Part shown: positions 38,173 through 47,549 of the stretch, piece after piece
Numbering within the stretch: the stretch's first letter is position 1
Layout of the letters: each line of letters starts with the position of its first letter
Assembly (NCBI GenBank): GCA_965140445.1
Contig: OZ223236.1
Span: 4,320,001 to 4,384,000 of the forward strand
DNA: 64,000 bases
Direction of reading: 5' to 3'
Source: Candidatus Ozemobacteraceae bacterium
Lineage (GTDB): Bacteria > Muiribacteriota > Ozemobacteria > Ozemobacterales > Ozemobacteraceae
Notes under the pieces: model-generated
What the model saw: only the letters and a program-made list of their open reading frames with translations
Database searches by the model: none
What the model was told of the DNA's origin: nothing
Made by a program: the position numbers and the translations under genes

Positions 38173-41142
38173 TTAATCAAATGGGCATTCATCCAATTCT
38201 GGTTTGTCATCGTTCTCCCTGGTTAAATACCTGTAGGCTTCGCCAATCCACAGAACAAATGACGTGCTGACAAGCATAATCAGCCATGTTTTTAATGATA
38301 AAGCTTCAGTTCTGAACATTTTTTTACCAAAAGTTACAATAAAAAACTGGATAATCACAATTGCCGGAGCAATAATCATAAAGCCTTTGTTTTCAGTGAG
38401 TCCTTTTAAGGCTGACTGCTTTAATCCAAGGCATCTTGCATTAAACATATTCCAGAATTGAAGTAGAACGAATGTGGTAAAGAATACAGAAAGTTCCCAC
38501 AAACTAACGGTTCCATCCTTCTGGAAATATTTAAGCATTCCAACCAGTATTACAAAGAAAACCGCACCAACTCCAAAAATATGCATATACATGGGTTTGG
38601 TAACAATGAAGTCTTTTGGTTTTCTGGGTTGGCGGGTCATAACCATCCAGTGTGGTGGTTCTGTAGCTAAGGCCAACGCAGCAAATGTGTCCATAATCAG
38701 ATTAACCCAAAGCATCTGAATGACAGTCAACGGCATTTTAACGCCAATAAACGGCCCAGTTAAAGCAACACCAAGTGCAACAACGTTAATGGTGAGCTGA
38801 AACATCACAAAGCGCTTAATATTGTCATAGAGGGATCTACCCCACATAATGCCCTTAACGACACTTGGGAAAGAATCATCCAGCAAAATGATATCACTGG
38901 CCTCTTTTGCGACTGAAGTTCCAGTCTTGCCCATCGCAAGGCCAACATTGGCATGATTTAAAGCCGGGGCATCATTGGTTCCATCCCCTGTAACCGCAAC
39001 CACATTTCCATTTTTCTGTAGAAGTTGAACCATTTTCATTTTATCCGCTGGTCTGGCTCGCGAAAGAATCTTAATATCCTCTACCGCTTTTGCAGCAGCT
39101 TCAGCATCTAATGCCTGAAAATCAACGCCGGTCATGTGAACTTTTTCAGGTGAATCGCCATCTTCGATTAAGCCGATCTGATTGGCTATTTCCCAGGCTG
39201 TATTGGAGTTATCGCCAGTAATGACTTTAACCTTTACACCGGCTTTTTTACAGGCTTCCAGAGCCATTGGAACATCGGGTCTGATTGGATCGGCAATTGC
39301 GATAAATCCCAACCAGGTCAGGCCATTTGCTATATCCAGCAAATCTTTTTCAAGGTCTAAATCAATATTTCTGAGGAAAGCAAAGCCGAGAGTTCTCATT
39401 CCACGGCGCTGACTCTCCTGAAGCTGCTCTTTTATTCCTTCATGAAAGCGTTTTATAGACTCAAGGCCTTTTGCCGTAATAATTTCAGAACATCGCTCCA
39501 GAATTATTTCAGGTGCACCTTTGATATAAAGAATTCTTTCATCACCCAGGCTTGAAATTCCTAGAGATCCCATCATTTTTCTTTCCGTAGAGAAAGTCCA
39601 TTGCCGCTCAAGTTTAAAGCTTTTGCGTAGTGGAAGATAATCAATTCCAGATTCTTCTAACCACATTAGGGCTGCGCCTTCTGTAGGATTTCCAATTGGA
39701 ATCGGTGACTGGCCATCGAGTCGGCTGATGTTAGCTGTACTATTGGCTGCTATGGATTCAGCTATAATTTTCTCAATATCTGAGCCAAGAGACTTATTTA
39801 GTTTTTCTTCAGCAAAAGCCTGGAAATAAGTTGCCTGAAGCTGCATTTTGTTCTGGGTTAATGTTCCTGTTTTGTCTGAACAAATAACGTTTGCCGCTCC
39901 AATAGTTTCGCAGGCGTGCATTCTTCGAACCAGATTATTAGCTGCTGTCATTCTCCTCATACTGTAGGCGAGGCTGAGGGTAACGCTCATAGGCAAACCT
40001 TCTGGAACTGCTACAACTATTATGGTAACAGCAATCATAAAGAATCTGACAAATGCGCTTATTGCGTCAGGAGTTAGCCACAAACTGGGATCTTCTGGTA
40101 GATAGCCAGTTACTGACCCGGATACGGTACAAAGAATAAAGAAAATAACTCCGGCACCTACTGTGGAAAGCCATGCATAGAGGTCTCCACGCTCGATAAT
40201 ATCAGGTAAGTCTATTTTTTTTCCGGCAAGGTCAAACCCGTCAGCAATAATTGGAATCCAAACTTTACTCAGTCCAATTGCCATGCTCAGGAAAATAATC
40301 GAAGAAAATCCCCATTGATAGCCTTCAAGCGCCAACTCTCCAGTTGAAAAATCCCTGAAAACCAAAGCAGCAAAAGTCATGAAAGCGATTGAGAAACCAA
40401 CCACACCGATTAGCTGGCTTAGTTTTTCCAGCTGAAGATTTAATGGGCTTGGTTTATGTGTTTCTTCGGAGGCCGCATAGGAAGCTTTTCCAATCTCAGT
40501 TTGGTCACCAACCTCAGTTACTTCAATGGTAGCGTGCCCATCAGAAACAAGGGTGCTGCGCAAAACTTTGAAAAATGGATAGGCATGATCCACCATTCCC
40601 TTAGCTCTCTTATCTCTTTCGGGAAATTTTGCCACTGGCAATGATTCGCCGGTAAGCTTTGCTTCATCAACCTGAAAGGAAACTTCTTCCAAAACAACAC
40701 CGTCAGCGGGAACTTCTTCGCCAGGCTCAAGAAGAACAATATCAAACTTTACAACATCTTTTCTGGGGATATTTTTGTATGATCCGTCACGAATAACCTT
40801 GACCATAATTTCATCAGAAACCTGGTTAAGGATTTCAAATTCTTTTCCAGCCTTGAATTCATTGAGAAAAGCCAGGACAGTAGCAAGCAAAATCGCTATT
40901 ACGATTCCGATTCCTTCGAAATATTCACCATTAATTGTCCCGACTGCAATAGCTATTACAGCAGCAATCATAAGAATTCTAATAATCGGATCGTTAAACT
41001 TTTCGAGTAATAACTTCCACCACGGATCTCGTTCAGCGGGAGTAAGAATATTCTCGCCAAACTTTTCTCTGTTCTCAAGCACTTGCTGAGAAGTGAGTCC
41101 TTTCAATTTCTGTGATATATCTGAAGGCTGCCCTGAAGCCAT
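38173..41142 (-). CDS. Calcium-translocating P-type ATPase, PMCA-type
   Basis: LTGES, VAVPEGL, DKTGTLT, KGAPE, TGDN, TGDGTNDAPAL, LWVNLIMDT. Confidence 0.93.
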   Translation of the reverse strand: MASGQPSDISQKLKGLTSQQVLENREKFGENILTPAERDPWWKLLLEKFNDPIIRILMIAAVIAIAVGTINGEYFEGIGIVIAILLATVLAFLNEFKAGKEFEILNQVSDEIMVKVIRDGSYKNIPRKDVVKFDIVLLEPGEEVPADGVVLEEVSFQVDEAKLTGESLPVAKFPERDKRAKGMVDHAYPFFKVLRSTLVSDGHATIEVTEVGDQTEIGKASYAASEETHKPSPLNLQLEKLSQLIGVVGFSIAFMTFAALVFRDFSTGELALEGYQWGFSSIIFLSMAIGLSKVWIPIIADGFDLAGKKIDLPDIIERGDLYAWLSTVGAGVIFFILCTVSGSVTGYLPEDPSLWLTPDAISAFVRFFMIAVTIIVVAVPEGLPMSVTLSLAYSMRRMTAANNLVRRMHACETIGAANVICSDKTGTLTQNKMQLQATYFQAFAEEKLNKSLGSDIEKIIAESIAANSTANISRLDGQSPIPIGNPTEGAALMWLEESGIDYLPLRKSFKLERQWTFSTERKMMGSLGISSLGDERILYIKGAPEIILERCSEIITAKGLESIKRFHEGIKEQLQESQRRGMRTLGFAFLRNIDLDLEKDLLDIANGLTWLGFIAIADPIRPDVPMALEACKKAGVKVKVITGDNSNTAWEIANQIGLIEDGDSPEKVHMTGVDFQALDAEAAAKAVEDIKILSRARPADKMKMVQLLQKNGNVVAVTGDGTNDAPALNHANVGLAMGKTGTSVAKEASDIILLDDSFPSVVKGIMWGRSLYDNIKRFVMFQLTINVVALGVALTGPFIGVKMPLTVIQMLWVNLIMDTFAALALATEPPHWMVMTRQPRKPKDFIVTKPMYMHIFGVGAVFFVILVGMLKYFQKDGTVSLWELSVFFTTFVLLQFWNMFNARCLGLKQSALKGLTENKGFMIIAPAIVIIQFFIVTFGKKMFRTEALSLKTWLIMLVSTSFVLWIGEAYRYLTRENDDKPELDECPFD

Positions 41143-41190
41143 TTTTTTCCCCTTGAAAATGCTGTGATTGGTACCCCGGAGGGTCGCTTG

Positions 41191-41219
41191 ATTATAGCGC
41201 AGTCACAAATTTATATCAA
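41191..41219 (-). promoter_or_regulatory. sigma70 promoter for the P-type ATPase
   Basis: TTGATA-17 nt-TATAAT on the minus strand. Confidence 0.75.
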
Positions 41220-41371
41220 CCAACCTGTTGTGAAAAACATTACTCATGAGTATTTCAGAAATAAATGGAGACGTAATATTCGGCACATATATAACAGGCA
41301 GCAGTTGAAGTCGTTTGGATACGGATTTAAGCAAATCCAAGCTTTTTTTTATGAATCTGTATTCTCTAAAG

Positions 41372-41411
41372 AAAAAATCGAGAGATTGCAATTGCCGGCA
41401 ATCTCTCGATT
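41372..41411 (-). terminator. Intrinsic terminator after the TonB receptor
   Basis: AATCGAGAGATTGC/GCAATCTCTCGATT stem plus T run on the minus strand. Confidence 0.75.
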
Positions 41412-41431
41412 CATGGTAAATTGAGGAAAAT

Positions 41432-43420
41432 TTAGAACTTAACTTCCATACCCATAGTAGCTCTGCGGCCATTTCTATAATAGATTGGGTCCATCAGCAG
41501 TCCTGTTTTATTTTTTGTATCAGAAGCCTGCATGACAACTGCATCATCAACATCTGTAAGATTTTCAACATTGAAATACAAAGCAAAGTCATTGGTAATC
41601 TGGCGTCTGATTCCCAGATCAAATATAGTTGAAGCATCAACCTTTGGATAAGCTGTTGCTTTTCCGCTTGAATCAAGAGTGCTGGTAGCACGAGTTTGTC
41701 CCTGGTGTTCACAGGTAAGCATTAAACTATTTTTACCCTTTCTATAGATACTGCCAGCGGTTATTCTAAATTCAGGTTTGGCAACGATTCTAAGTCCATT
41801 AGTTTCGTCTTCAGCTCTGTCCAGGCGTGTATAGCTTAGCCATGCATCTACGTTTTCATTTATTGAGCCGTTGACCGCAAATTCCCAGCCAGCAATTTTT
41901 GACTCGGCAATATTTACGTAGTAATTATCATTGGCTTTTAAAGTCCCAACCCCTGGTATTGTTGCGGCAACAGCAGTGGTTGTAAGAGAAATTTTATTTT
42001 CAATATCAGAGCTGAATCTGCCAAGAGACGCGTTCCATCGATTATTAATCTGATAACCTAATCTAAATTCAAGATTATCAGCTTTTTCCGGTTTAAGATT
42101 TTCGTTTCCATAGAGTTTGCTTGCCCGATAAAGCTCCTGCACATTTGGAAATCTCAAAGTTTTGCTGATTGCAAAGCCAATGTTTGCTCTGTCTGTAATC
42201 TGGTAATCAGAGTTAAAGGCCCAGGAATTCTCAGAATCCGATTCGAATGATTCATCACTTCTTGCCACGAGGTGTAAATTTAACTTATCCCCCGCTTTAA
42301 TTGAATCACTTATGAAATAGCCCTTGTTCGTGAGCCATTTATTTGAAGCTTTTGCGGAAACAGTATGTCCAGTATCTTTAACTTCCTGTTGTTGCCCGCC
42401 AATGGTAAAAGAATGTCTTTTTCCAAGTTTGAAATTATACAAAGCTTCAGTTGTTTTCATTTCAACAGTCACGTCATATGATGGATCAACAGTTCCAGAA
42501 GCACCGTTCAGAGTATAATCTGTGTAAAATTGGGTTGCACTGTAATCTCTGTAAGTGGCATATCGAAGCACTAAGTTGCTATCGTTTCCAAGATCCTTTT
42601 CAACTACAAAGTCACGATGGGACATTTCCCAGGGCTCAAATCTTTCTTTGTAATTTGGAATACTAACATTGCCATCACTCTTGAGTATTGTTGCCTTAAA
42701 GACCCATCCGTTGTCTGTTTCTACGCGTCCGCGATACATAAACATTTGATTGTCAGAATTGTTTCCGCCAGTTCCAAAGTTTTTATATCTTCTTTTTCCG
42801 TCGTAATTATCGAGGAATAGCCCGAACAAATGTTCGTTCTGGTGAGAAACGTTTCCATAAATAAATTCCTGGTGACGCGTTCCCTGACCACCATATTCCT
42901 GAGTAAAAGTCAGACCTTCAAGATCTCTTGCCGTTGGAAGAGTCAGGTTAACCGCTCCACCCATTCCACTTGAACCATAAATAAGCGAGGCACCACCTGG
43001 AGCAATCGTAGCCTTTTGTAGTCTTCGCAGTGGAAACCCGGAAAGGGAAGAAGTTCCGTTCCAGGGTGTATTTACAGGACATCCATCAATTAGAACCTTG
43101 GTATGCTTGCCGTCAAAGCCACGTAGCTCAGGAGTCATGATAGATCCAAGCAAGCTGTTTGAGACGGTAACGGAGGAATTCATTGACCTGAGCAGTTCAA
43201 CCGGATCTCTTGTGGGCTTAAGCTCAATCATTTCAGGAGTTATTTCGTCCTGAAACCTTGAAATAAGGCCATTATATGAAGCTCTTTCTGCATCTATCTG
43301 CAATTCAGGCAAGACGAAAATGTCTTTTTTATCAGCAGTATCTTCAGCAGCGCTTGGTACACCAGAGCTGCCGAGAAGAACACAAAAAACCACAAATAAT
43401 CTCATGAATAAACGAACCAT
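41432..43420 (-). CDS. TonB-dependent outer-membrane receptor
   Basis: Signal peptide; plug motifs LRGF..VLIDG, SLIYGSSGMGGAVN; LKPE; NVENL; C-terminal GR...GMEVKF. Confidence 0.9.
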   Translation of the reverse strand: MVRLFMRLFVVFCVLLGSSGVPSAAEDTADKKDIFVLPELQIDAERASYNGLISRFQDEITPEMIELKPTRDPVELLRSMNSSVTVSNSLLGSIMTPELRGFDGKHTKVLIDGCPVNTPWNGTSSLSGFPLRRLQKATIAPGGASLIYGSSGMGGAVNLTLPTARDLEGLTFTQEYGGQGTRHQEFIYGNVSHQNEHLFGLFLDNYDGKRRYKNFGTGGNNSDNQMFMYRGRVETDNGWVFKATILKSDGNVSIPNYKERFEPWEMSHRDFVVEKDLGNDSNLVLRYATYRDYSATQFYTDYTLNGASGTVDPSYDVTVEMKTTEALYNFKLGKRHSFTIGGQQQEVKDTGHTVSAKASNKWLTNKGYFISDSIKAGDKLNLHLVARSDESFESDSENSWAFNSDYQITDRANIGFAISKTLRFPNVQELYRASKLYGNENLKPEKADNLEFRLGYQINNRWNASLGRFSSDIENKISLTTTAVAATIPGVGTLKANDNYYVNIAESKIAGWEFAVNGSINENVDAWLSYTRLDRAEDETNGLRIVAKPEFRITAGSIYRKGKNSLMLTCEHQGQTRATSTLDSSGKATAYPKVDASTIFDLGIRRQITNDFALYFNVENLTDVDDAVVMQASDTKNKTGLLMDPIYYRNGRRATMGMEVKF

Positions 43421-43763
43421 AACCCCTCCACTTGCTTACTACTTAAAACTACTTAACGTTACTTTGCAATTTTTATCATACGACAAATCAATATGCAATA
43501 CTTTTTGTTACTTTTCCCTAAAAAAGTTACTTTTCATGTGCAAATGGCAGACGTATCCACAATATTTTCTTTTAGATTCAGGTGCAAAATTTCTTTACAT
43601 AGTATGAAATAGTAGCATCTGTTGATTGTTTTTTTACCAGATGTTCAAAACCTAATCAGAGTGCTTAATAACAATACAGTTTTGCTTTTTCTCTAAAGTT
43701 TCTCAAAAACGGTACGATATGTATTAAGTGGAATATTAAAAGTTTCTAGAGCAAACAACTAAC

Positions 43764-43780
43764 TTGGCATTTAAATTGCA
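43764..43780 (+). promoter_or_regulatory. sigma54 -24/-12 promoter
   Basis: TTGGCATTTAAATTGCA: GG(43766-67)-N10-GC(43778-79). Confidence 0.7.
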
Positions 43781-43855
43781 TAGATCACTTTTTCCAATAA
43801 CCCGGAGCAACTCGTCAGAGCAAACCGTCCGGATTTATAGTTTCGAGGTTTTTAT

Positions 43856-44485
43856 ATGTTTCTCAGTTCTAAATTTAATTTAAAATCACTTTCATTCGTA
43901 CTCGTAGCATTTTGCTTCTTTTCTGTTCTTTCTGTTCAACCAGGCTGGGCAATTACAAATTTAAAGCCGGTTTTTACAGACATTGAAGTTGAGCAAATCG
44001 CGGCACCGCATAATTTTCAAAACTCAGTCAGATACATAATTACTTATTTTGTAAAAGACGGAAAAGGCAAACATCAGGTTTTCCCAACTTTTGAAGAAAA
44101 AGAAAGAGACTCAGACCTGATTCTAGCCAGAGTAGTAAGCCAATACATTGAAGATGAATACCATAATAATGGCAAAGCAATCGATGAGCACGTAGTCGAC
44201 TACTCAAACCTTGGTCAAATTATGGATCTCACTGGTCGCGATTTCATGTCCAAGGCCTGGGATTCAAATAACCACAACTTCCTTCGCCAATATATTCTCA
44301 AAAACAAAGAATACCTACAGCTCTACACAATCAATCTTTACCTGGATTACGGAACCTCAAAAGGTGAGTATTTCAGCGGCAACGACATCAACCCAATCCT
44401 TCTCAAACTAAACAAATCCCCAAAATACCTGGATCAAGCCACTTTTATCACAGTAAATTACACAGATAGAAGCAGATCTAACTAA
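43856..44485 (+). CDS. Hypothetical exported protein
   Basis: Signal peptide ending GWA|; GAGG SD; own terminator. Confidence 0.8.
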   Translation: MFLSSKFNLKSLSFVLVAFCFFSVLSVQPGWAITNLKPVFTDIEVEQIAAPHNFQNSVRYIITYFVKDGKGKHQVFPTFEEKERDSDLILARVVSQYIEDEYHNNGKAIDEHVVDYSNLGQIMDLTGRDFMSKAWDSNNHNFLRQYILKNKEYLQLYTINLYLDYGTSKGEYFSGNDINPILLKLNKSPKYLDQATFITVNYTDRSRSN

Positions 44486-44493
44486 TACTGAAT

Positions 44494-44540
44494 AAAAAAA
44501 CCTCCCAGTAAGCCTGCAAGGTTGCTGGGAGGTTTTTTTT
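44494..44540 (+). terminator. Intrinsic terminator
   Basis: A7-CCTCCCAGTA...TGCTGGGAGG-T8. Confidence 0.85.
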
Positions 44541-44678
44541 GTTATTTACCAATTGAAGAAAAAAGCCTTGATATATACCATCAGGAGAAAGAAAAAGACG
44601 GTCTTGGATAAATTTATTATTCCAGCGTGTATTTTTTTTATATTGCAACGGCTTCAGTCTAATTTATGTTAGAGTCTG

Positions 44679-45069
44679 ATGCCCTTCGGGCATGGGGAGG
44701 CGGCAATGGCCGCCTTTAGGACAAGGGCAGGGGCGAAGGTAATGACCTTCGCCAAACAGCCGGGCAGGCTATGGCCTGCAATATAAAAGCCAAATTCAAT
44801 GCCAAGGTTACAGGTTTGCGGGAGTTTCAATCTGGCTTCTGGAGGTCTAATCCATACAGCTACTGACCCCCAGAAGCCATTTATGATTTCTGCTTAACGC
44901 TTGTCATAGAATTTGCTGTAATGGCTTGCAGCCCGCTTTTAATATAAAACCGCAGAAGGTAATGACCTTCTGCAACAGCCACGCAGGCAATGGCCTGCGT
45001 AAGCGCGGGAATGCCCGCGCTGAACATCCAAGAACGACTTTTCACAGGGTAATGACCCTGCAAAAAGTC
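44679..45069 (+). repeat. Array of short GC-rich hairpins sharing an (A/T)ATG loop (candidate ncRNA or REP-like cluster)
   Basis: Perfect stems around AATG/TATG at 44698-44715, 44732-44753, 44764-44779, 44952-44973, 44981-45000, 45003-45020 and 45045-45060. Confidence 0.85.
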
Positions 45070-45188
45070 TGTGTTTTGTTTAGTTTGCATTTAAGGGAAT
45101 TCGAAGTGTTAAAAAATGAGAAATTTTGGAGAGAAAAAAGTAAAATGAATTGTTAAGGTTTAGTTAACGAAGTTGAGAGAGCTTATTT

Positions 45189-45578
45189 GTGGAAAGATAT
45201 GAAACCGCTGAAGCCAATTGTTTTGCAAAGCTGGCTCGGCTGCCATTTAAAATAATAGATTTTCTGGTATGGTTCATTCTCTTTATATTTTTGATCTTTG
45301 TAATTTATTACTGGGATGTCGCTTGTAGCTTTAGTTATGGCAACAAGATACCCAATGTAATATTTCAAATTCACGATGTCTTGATTCTTAAAGTTATCGA
45401 GTGGAAATACCTTTTTTCAATTTCTTATTGGCTTTTCTATTTCGCAATTCATTCATTTCTCATGCATCATCGATTGAATCGCAAAGTTACATTTATTGTT
45501 TGTTATTACAGTTGCCTTATTTTGCCGTGGATTTTTATCTTTTATTATCTTTACTCCAATTTTTCACGAGAGCCATAG
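45189..45578 (+). CDS. Hypothetical multi-TM protein, integron-cassette-like ORF
   Basis: GTG start, three hydrophobic segments, very AT-rich; stop 27 nt before attC. Confidence 0.6.
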   Translation: MERYETAEANCFAKLARLPFKIIDFLVWFILFIFLIFVIYYWDVACSFSYGNKIPNVIFQIHDVLILKVIEWKYLFSISYWLFYFAIHSFLMHHRLNRKVTFIVCYYSCLILPWIFIFYYLYSNFSREP

Positions 45579-45604
45579 GGTTTTGAAATGTTTAATATAA
45601 GAAA

Positions 45605-45739
45605 CCCTAACGCGGTGTTGAAGTGGAACGGCTTTTCTGCGGAAAAAACCTTTAAGAAAATAGGGCAGTTCTTGTTTTAGAGGCTGTTTCCGTGCTTTCC
45701 CTATGGGCGCACGGCGTCCACTTAACACCAATGTTAGAG
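45605..45739 (+). mobile_element. Integron attC recombination site (135 bp)
   Basis: R'' CCCTAAC-5 nt-L'' GTTGAAGT ... L' ACTTAAC-6 nt-R' GTTAGAG, with unpaired G and A at the canonical extrahelical positions. Confidence 0.85.
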
Positions 45740-46175
45740 ACTGCTGACCCTCTGGCATGAAAGGCGACCAAGACTTCTAATGAATTCACAAGAAAACGAC
45801 ATTTTACAGGACAATAAACCTGCACTTTGTATATTGCTGAAATATATTTAAGGCGTGAGAAAGCTTGGAAATTAAAAGTTTTTCCCAGAGCTAATTGAGT
45901 TTGAATTGGATATTTGTCTAATTGATTCGTAATATTTAAAGCATGAAACAAGCTTTCTCAGCCTCAGCAAACCCAAAGTAAAAAAAATATAGTCAAAATA
46001 CATCTTGTAGTAGGCTATTATATTTAAACAGCAAATTTTTCTTATGATATAGGTTAAAGTGCTGAAGGCTACAAAAGATTAATTCATCGCTTTCTCAATG
46101 AAACATTGAGTTTGAGCAAAAAATAAAATAAATGCTTCCAGACCGTGCTGAAAAAAGAAAAAGAGGGACACATAA

Positions 46176-47549
46176 ATGAAAGTAACCTTAATCCATCCAT
46201 CATTTGACGCGTATTTCACCTATGATGGCCCAGTCGGTTTGGCCTATCTTCAGGCAGCTGTAAAAAAGGCTGGCCATGAAGTTAGCATCATTGATAACAA
46301 TATTTTTAACATGAATGCTGAGGACCTGGCGGAAAAATGCAGAACCGCCGATGTTGTGGGGATTACAATGACAACCCCTACCTTCACAACGGTAAGAAAC
46401 TTTTGCAAGTTACTACAATCTTTCCCGGACAGACCCAAAATAGTTCTGGGAGGGGCTCACCCCACCATAAATTCTGCAGAATGCCTAGAATTTGCCGATT
46501 TTGTGGTTATTGGTGAAGGTGAAAAAAGTTTTGTTGAGCTTCTTGAGAATTTTTCCTCGAAACAGAAAGATGAAAACCTCCACAGAATAAAGGGAATCGC
46601 TTTTCGCTCAGGTGAAGATGTTGTAATTACCGAAAATCGCGCTTTCAACCAGGAACTTGACCAGCTGGCCTTCCCAGACTGGACTGGATTTCCTATTGAG
46701 AAATACGGCTCGGCATTAAGAGTTAGTGGGCGAAGCCTTCCTATCGTTACGTCTCGTGGATGCCCTTATCAGTGCATTTATTGTTTTAAGGGATTGTTTG
46801 GAAAAGTATTCAGAGCAAGAAGTCCCAAAAGTGTCGTTGACGAAATCGAATATCTAAAAAAGGAATTCGCAATTCGAGAATTTCAGATTGCTGATGACGC
46901 CTTCGCTGCGAATAAAAAACGAGCAAAAGAGATTTGCCAGGAAATCATTGCCAGAAAGATCAACCTGCCTTGGTCTATGCCCAATGGTATTCGAGCAGAT
47001 TCTCTGGACGAAGAGTTAGTCTCATTGATGAAAAAAGCCGGATTACAATACACTGGTATCGGAATAGAAAGCGGTAATCAGCAAATTCTGAAAAATATCC
47101 AGAAAAGTCAAACAAAGGATGCTGTGAGAAAGGCTGTAAAGATACTTCAGAAATATAAAATCGAAACAGTTGGCTTTTTCATGTTCGGTCTTCCTGGTGA
47201 TACTGTTAAAACAATGCGTGAAACAGCACGGTTTGCAAGAAGCCTTAATCTGGACTATTGCTCTATCTCTATGACTACGCCCTATCCGGGCACCCAACTT
47301 TACCAGGATATTCAGAATAAGAAGGGAATCTTCCTGACCAAATCTCCGGATGAACTTTTTAGTCTGGGTAGCTCATGCAAATACCTCATGCCAGGCATGG
47401 CAACCAAAGAAGAGATCGAAAAAGAATACAGAAATGCCAGGATCAAACTTTTGCTTCGACCACGAACAATTTTACACACACTTCTAAAACGCCCTGGCCG
47501 CATTTTCTCAGGACTTGTGACTGCATATAAATGGATTTTCAAAACCTGA
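46176..47549 (+). CDS. Cobalamin-binding radical SAM protein
   Basis: N-terminal B12-binding domain (GLAYL, GGAHPT, GEGE); TSRGCPYQCIYC; GIESG; FMFGLPG. Confidence 0.93.
   Translation: MKVTLIHPSFDAYFTYDGPVGLAYLQAAVKKAGHEVSIIDNNIFNMNAEDLAEKCRTADVVGITMTTPTFTTVRNFCKLLQSFPDRPKIVLGGAHPTINSAECLEFADFVVIGEGEKSFVELLENFSSKQKDENLHRIKGIAFRSGEDVVITENRAFNQELDQLAFPDWTGFPIEKYGSALRVSGRSLPIVTSRGCPYQCIYCFKGLFGKVFRARSPKSVVDEIEYLKKEFAIREFQIADDAFAANKKRAKEICQEIIARKINLPWSMPNGIRADSLDEELVSLMKKAGLQYTGIGIESGNQQILKNIQKSQTKDAVRKAVKILQKYKIETVGFFMFGLPGDTVKTMRETARFARSLNLDYCSISMTTPYPGTQLYQDIQNKKGIFLTKSPDELFSLGSSCKYLMPGMATKEEIEKEYRNARIKLLLRPRTILHTLLKRPGRIFSGLVTAYKWIFKT

Noticed and set aside
41143..41190. yybP-ykoY riboswitch before the P-type ATPase
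   Set aside because: Leader after the clear sigma70 promoter is only about 40 nt
43421..43600. Cobalamin riboswitch before the TonB receptor
   Set aside because: Only an AGGGAA fragment; region is AT-rich and lacks the B12 box
44647..44675. dif site (TTATGTTAGAG resembles a XerD arm)
   Set aside because: No XerC-like arm ending in TAA at the 6-bp spacing
44833..44879. c-di-GMP-I (GEMM) riboswitch P2-like stem containing GGTCTAA
   Set aside because: No P1 with a GNRA loop or GCAAA junction elements upstream
44679..45069. CRISPR array or CsrB/RsmZ-type RNA
   Set aside because: Stem sequences differ, spacing is irregular, and loops are AATG rather than GGA
44892..45158. Second attC (GCTTAAC ... 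GTTAAGG or GTTAAAA)
   Set aside because: L boxes do not pair at canonical spacing and the length exceeds normal attC size
44881..45951. ORFs 44881-45090, 44926-45156, 45564-45758 and 45652-45951
   Set aside because: They run through the hairpin array or attC and lack SD or protein-like features
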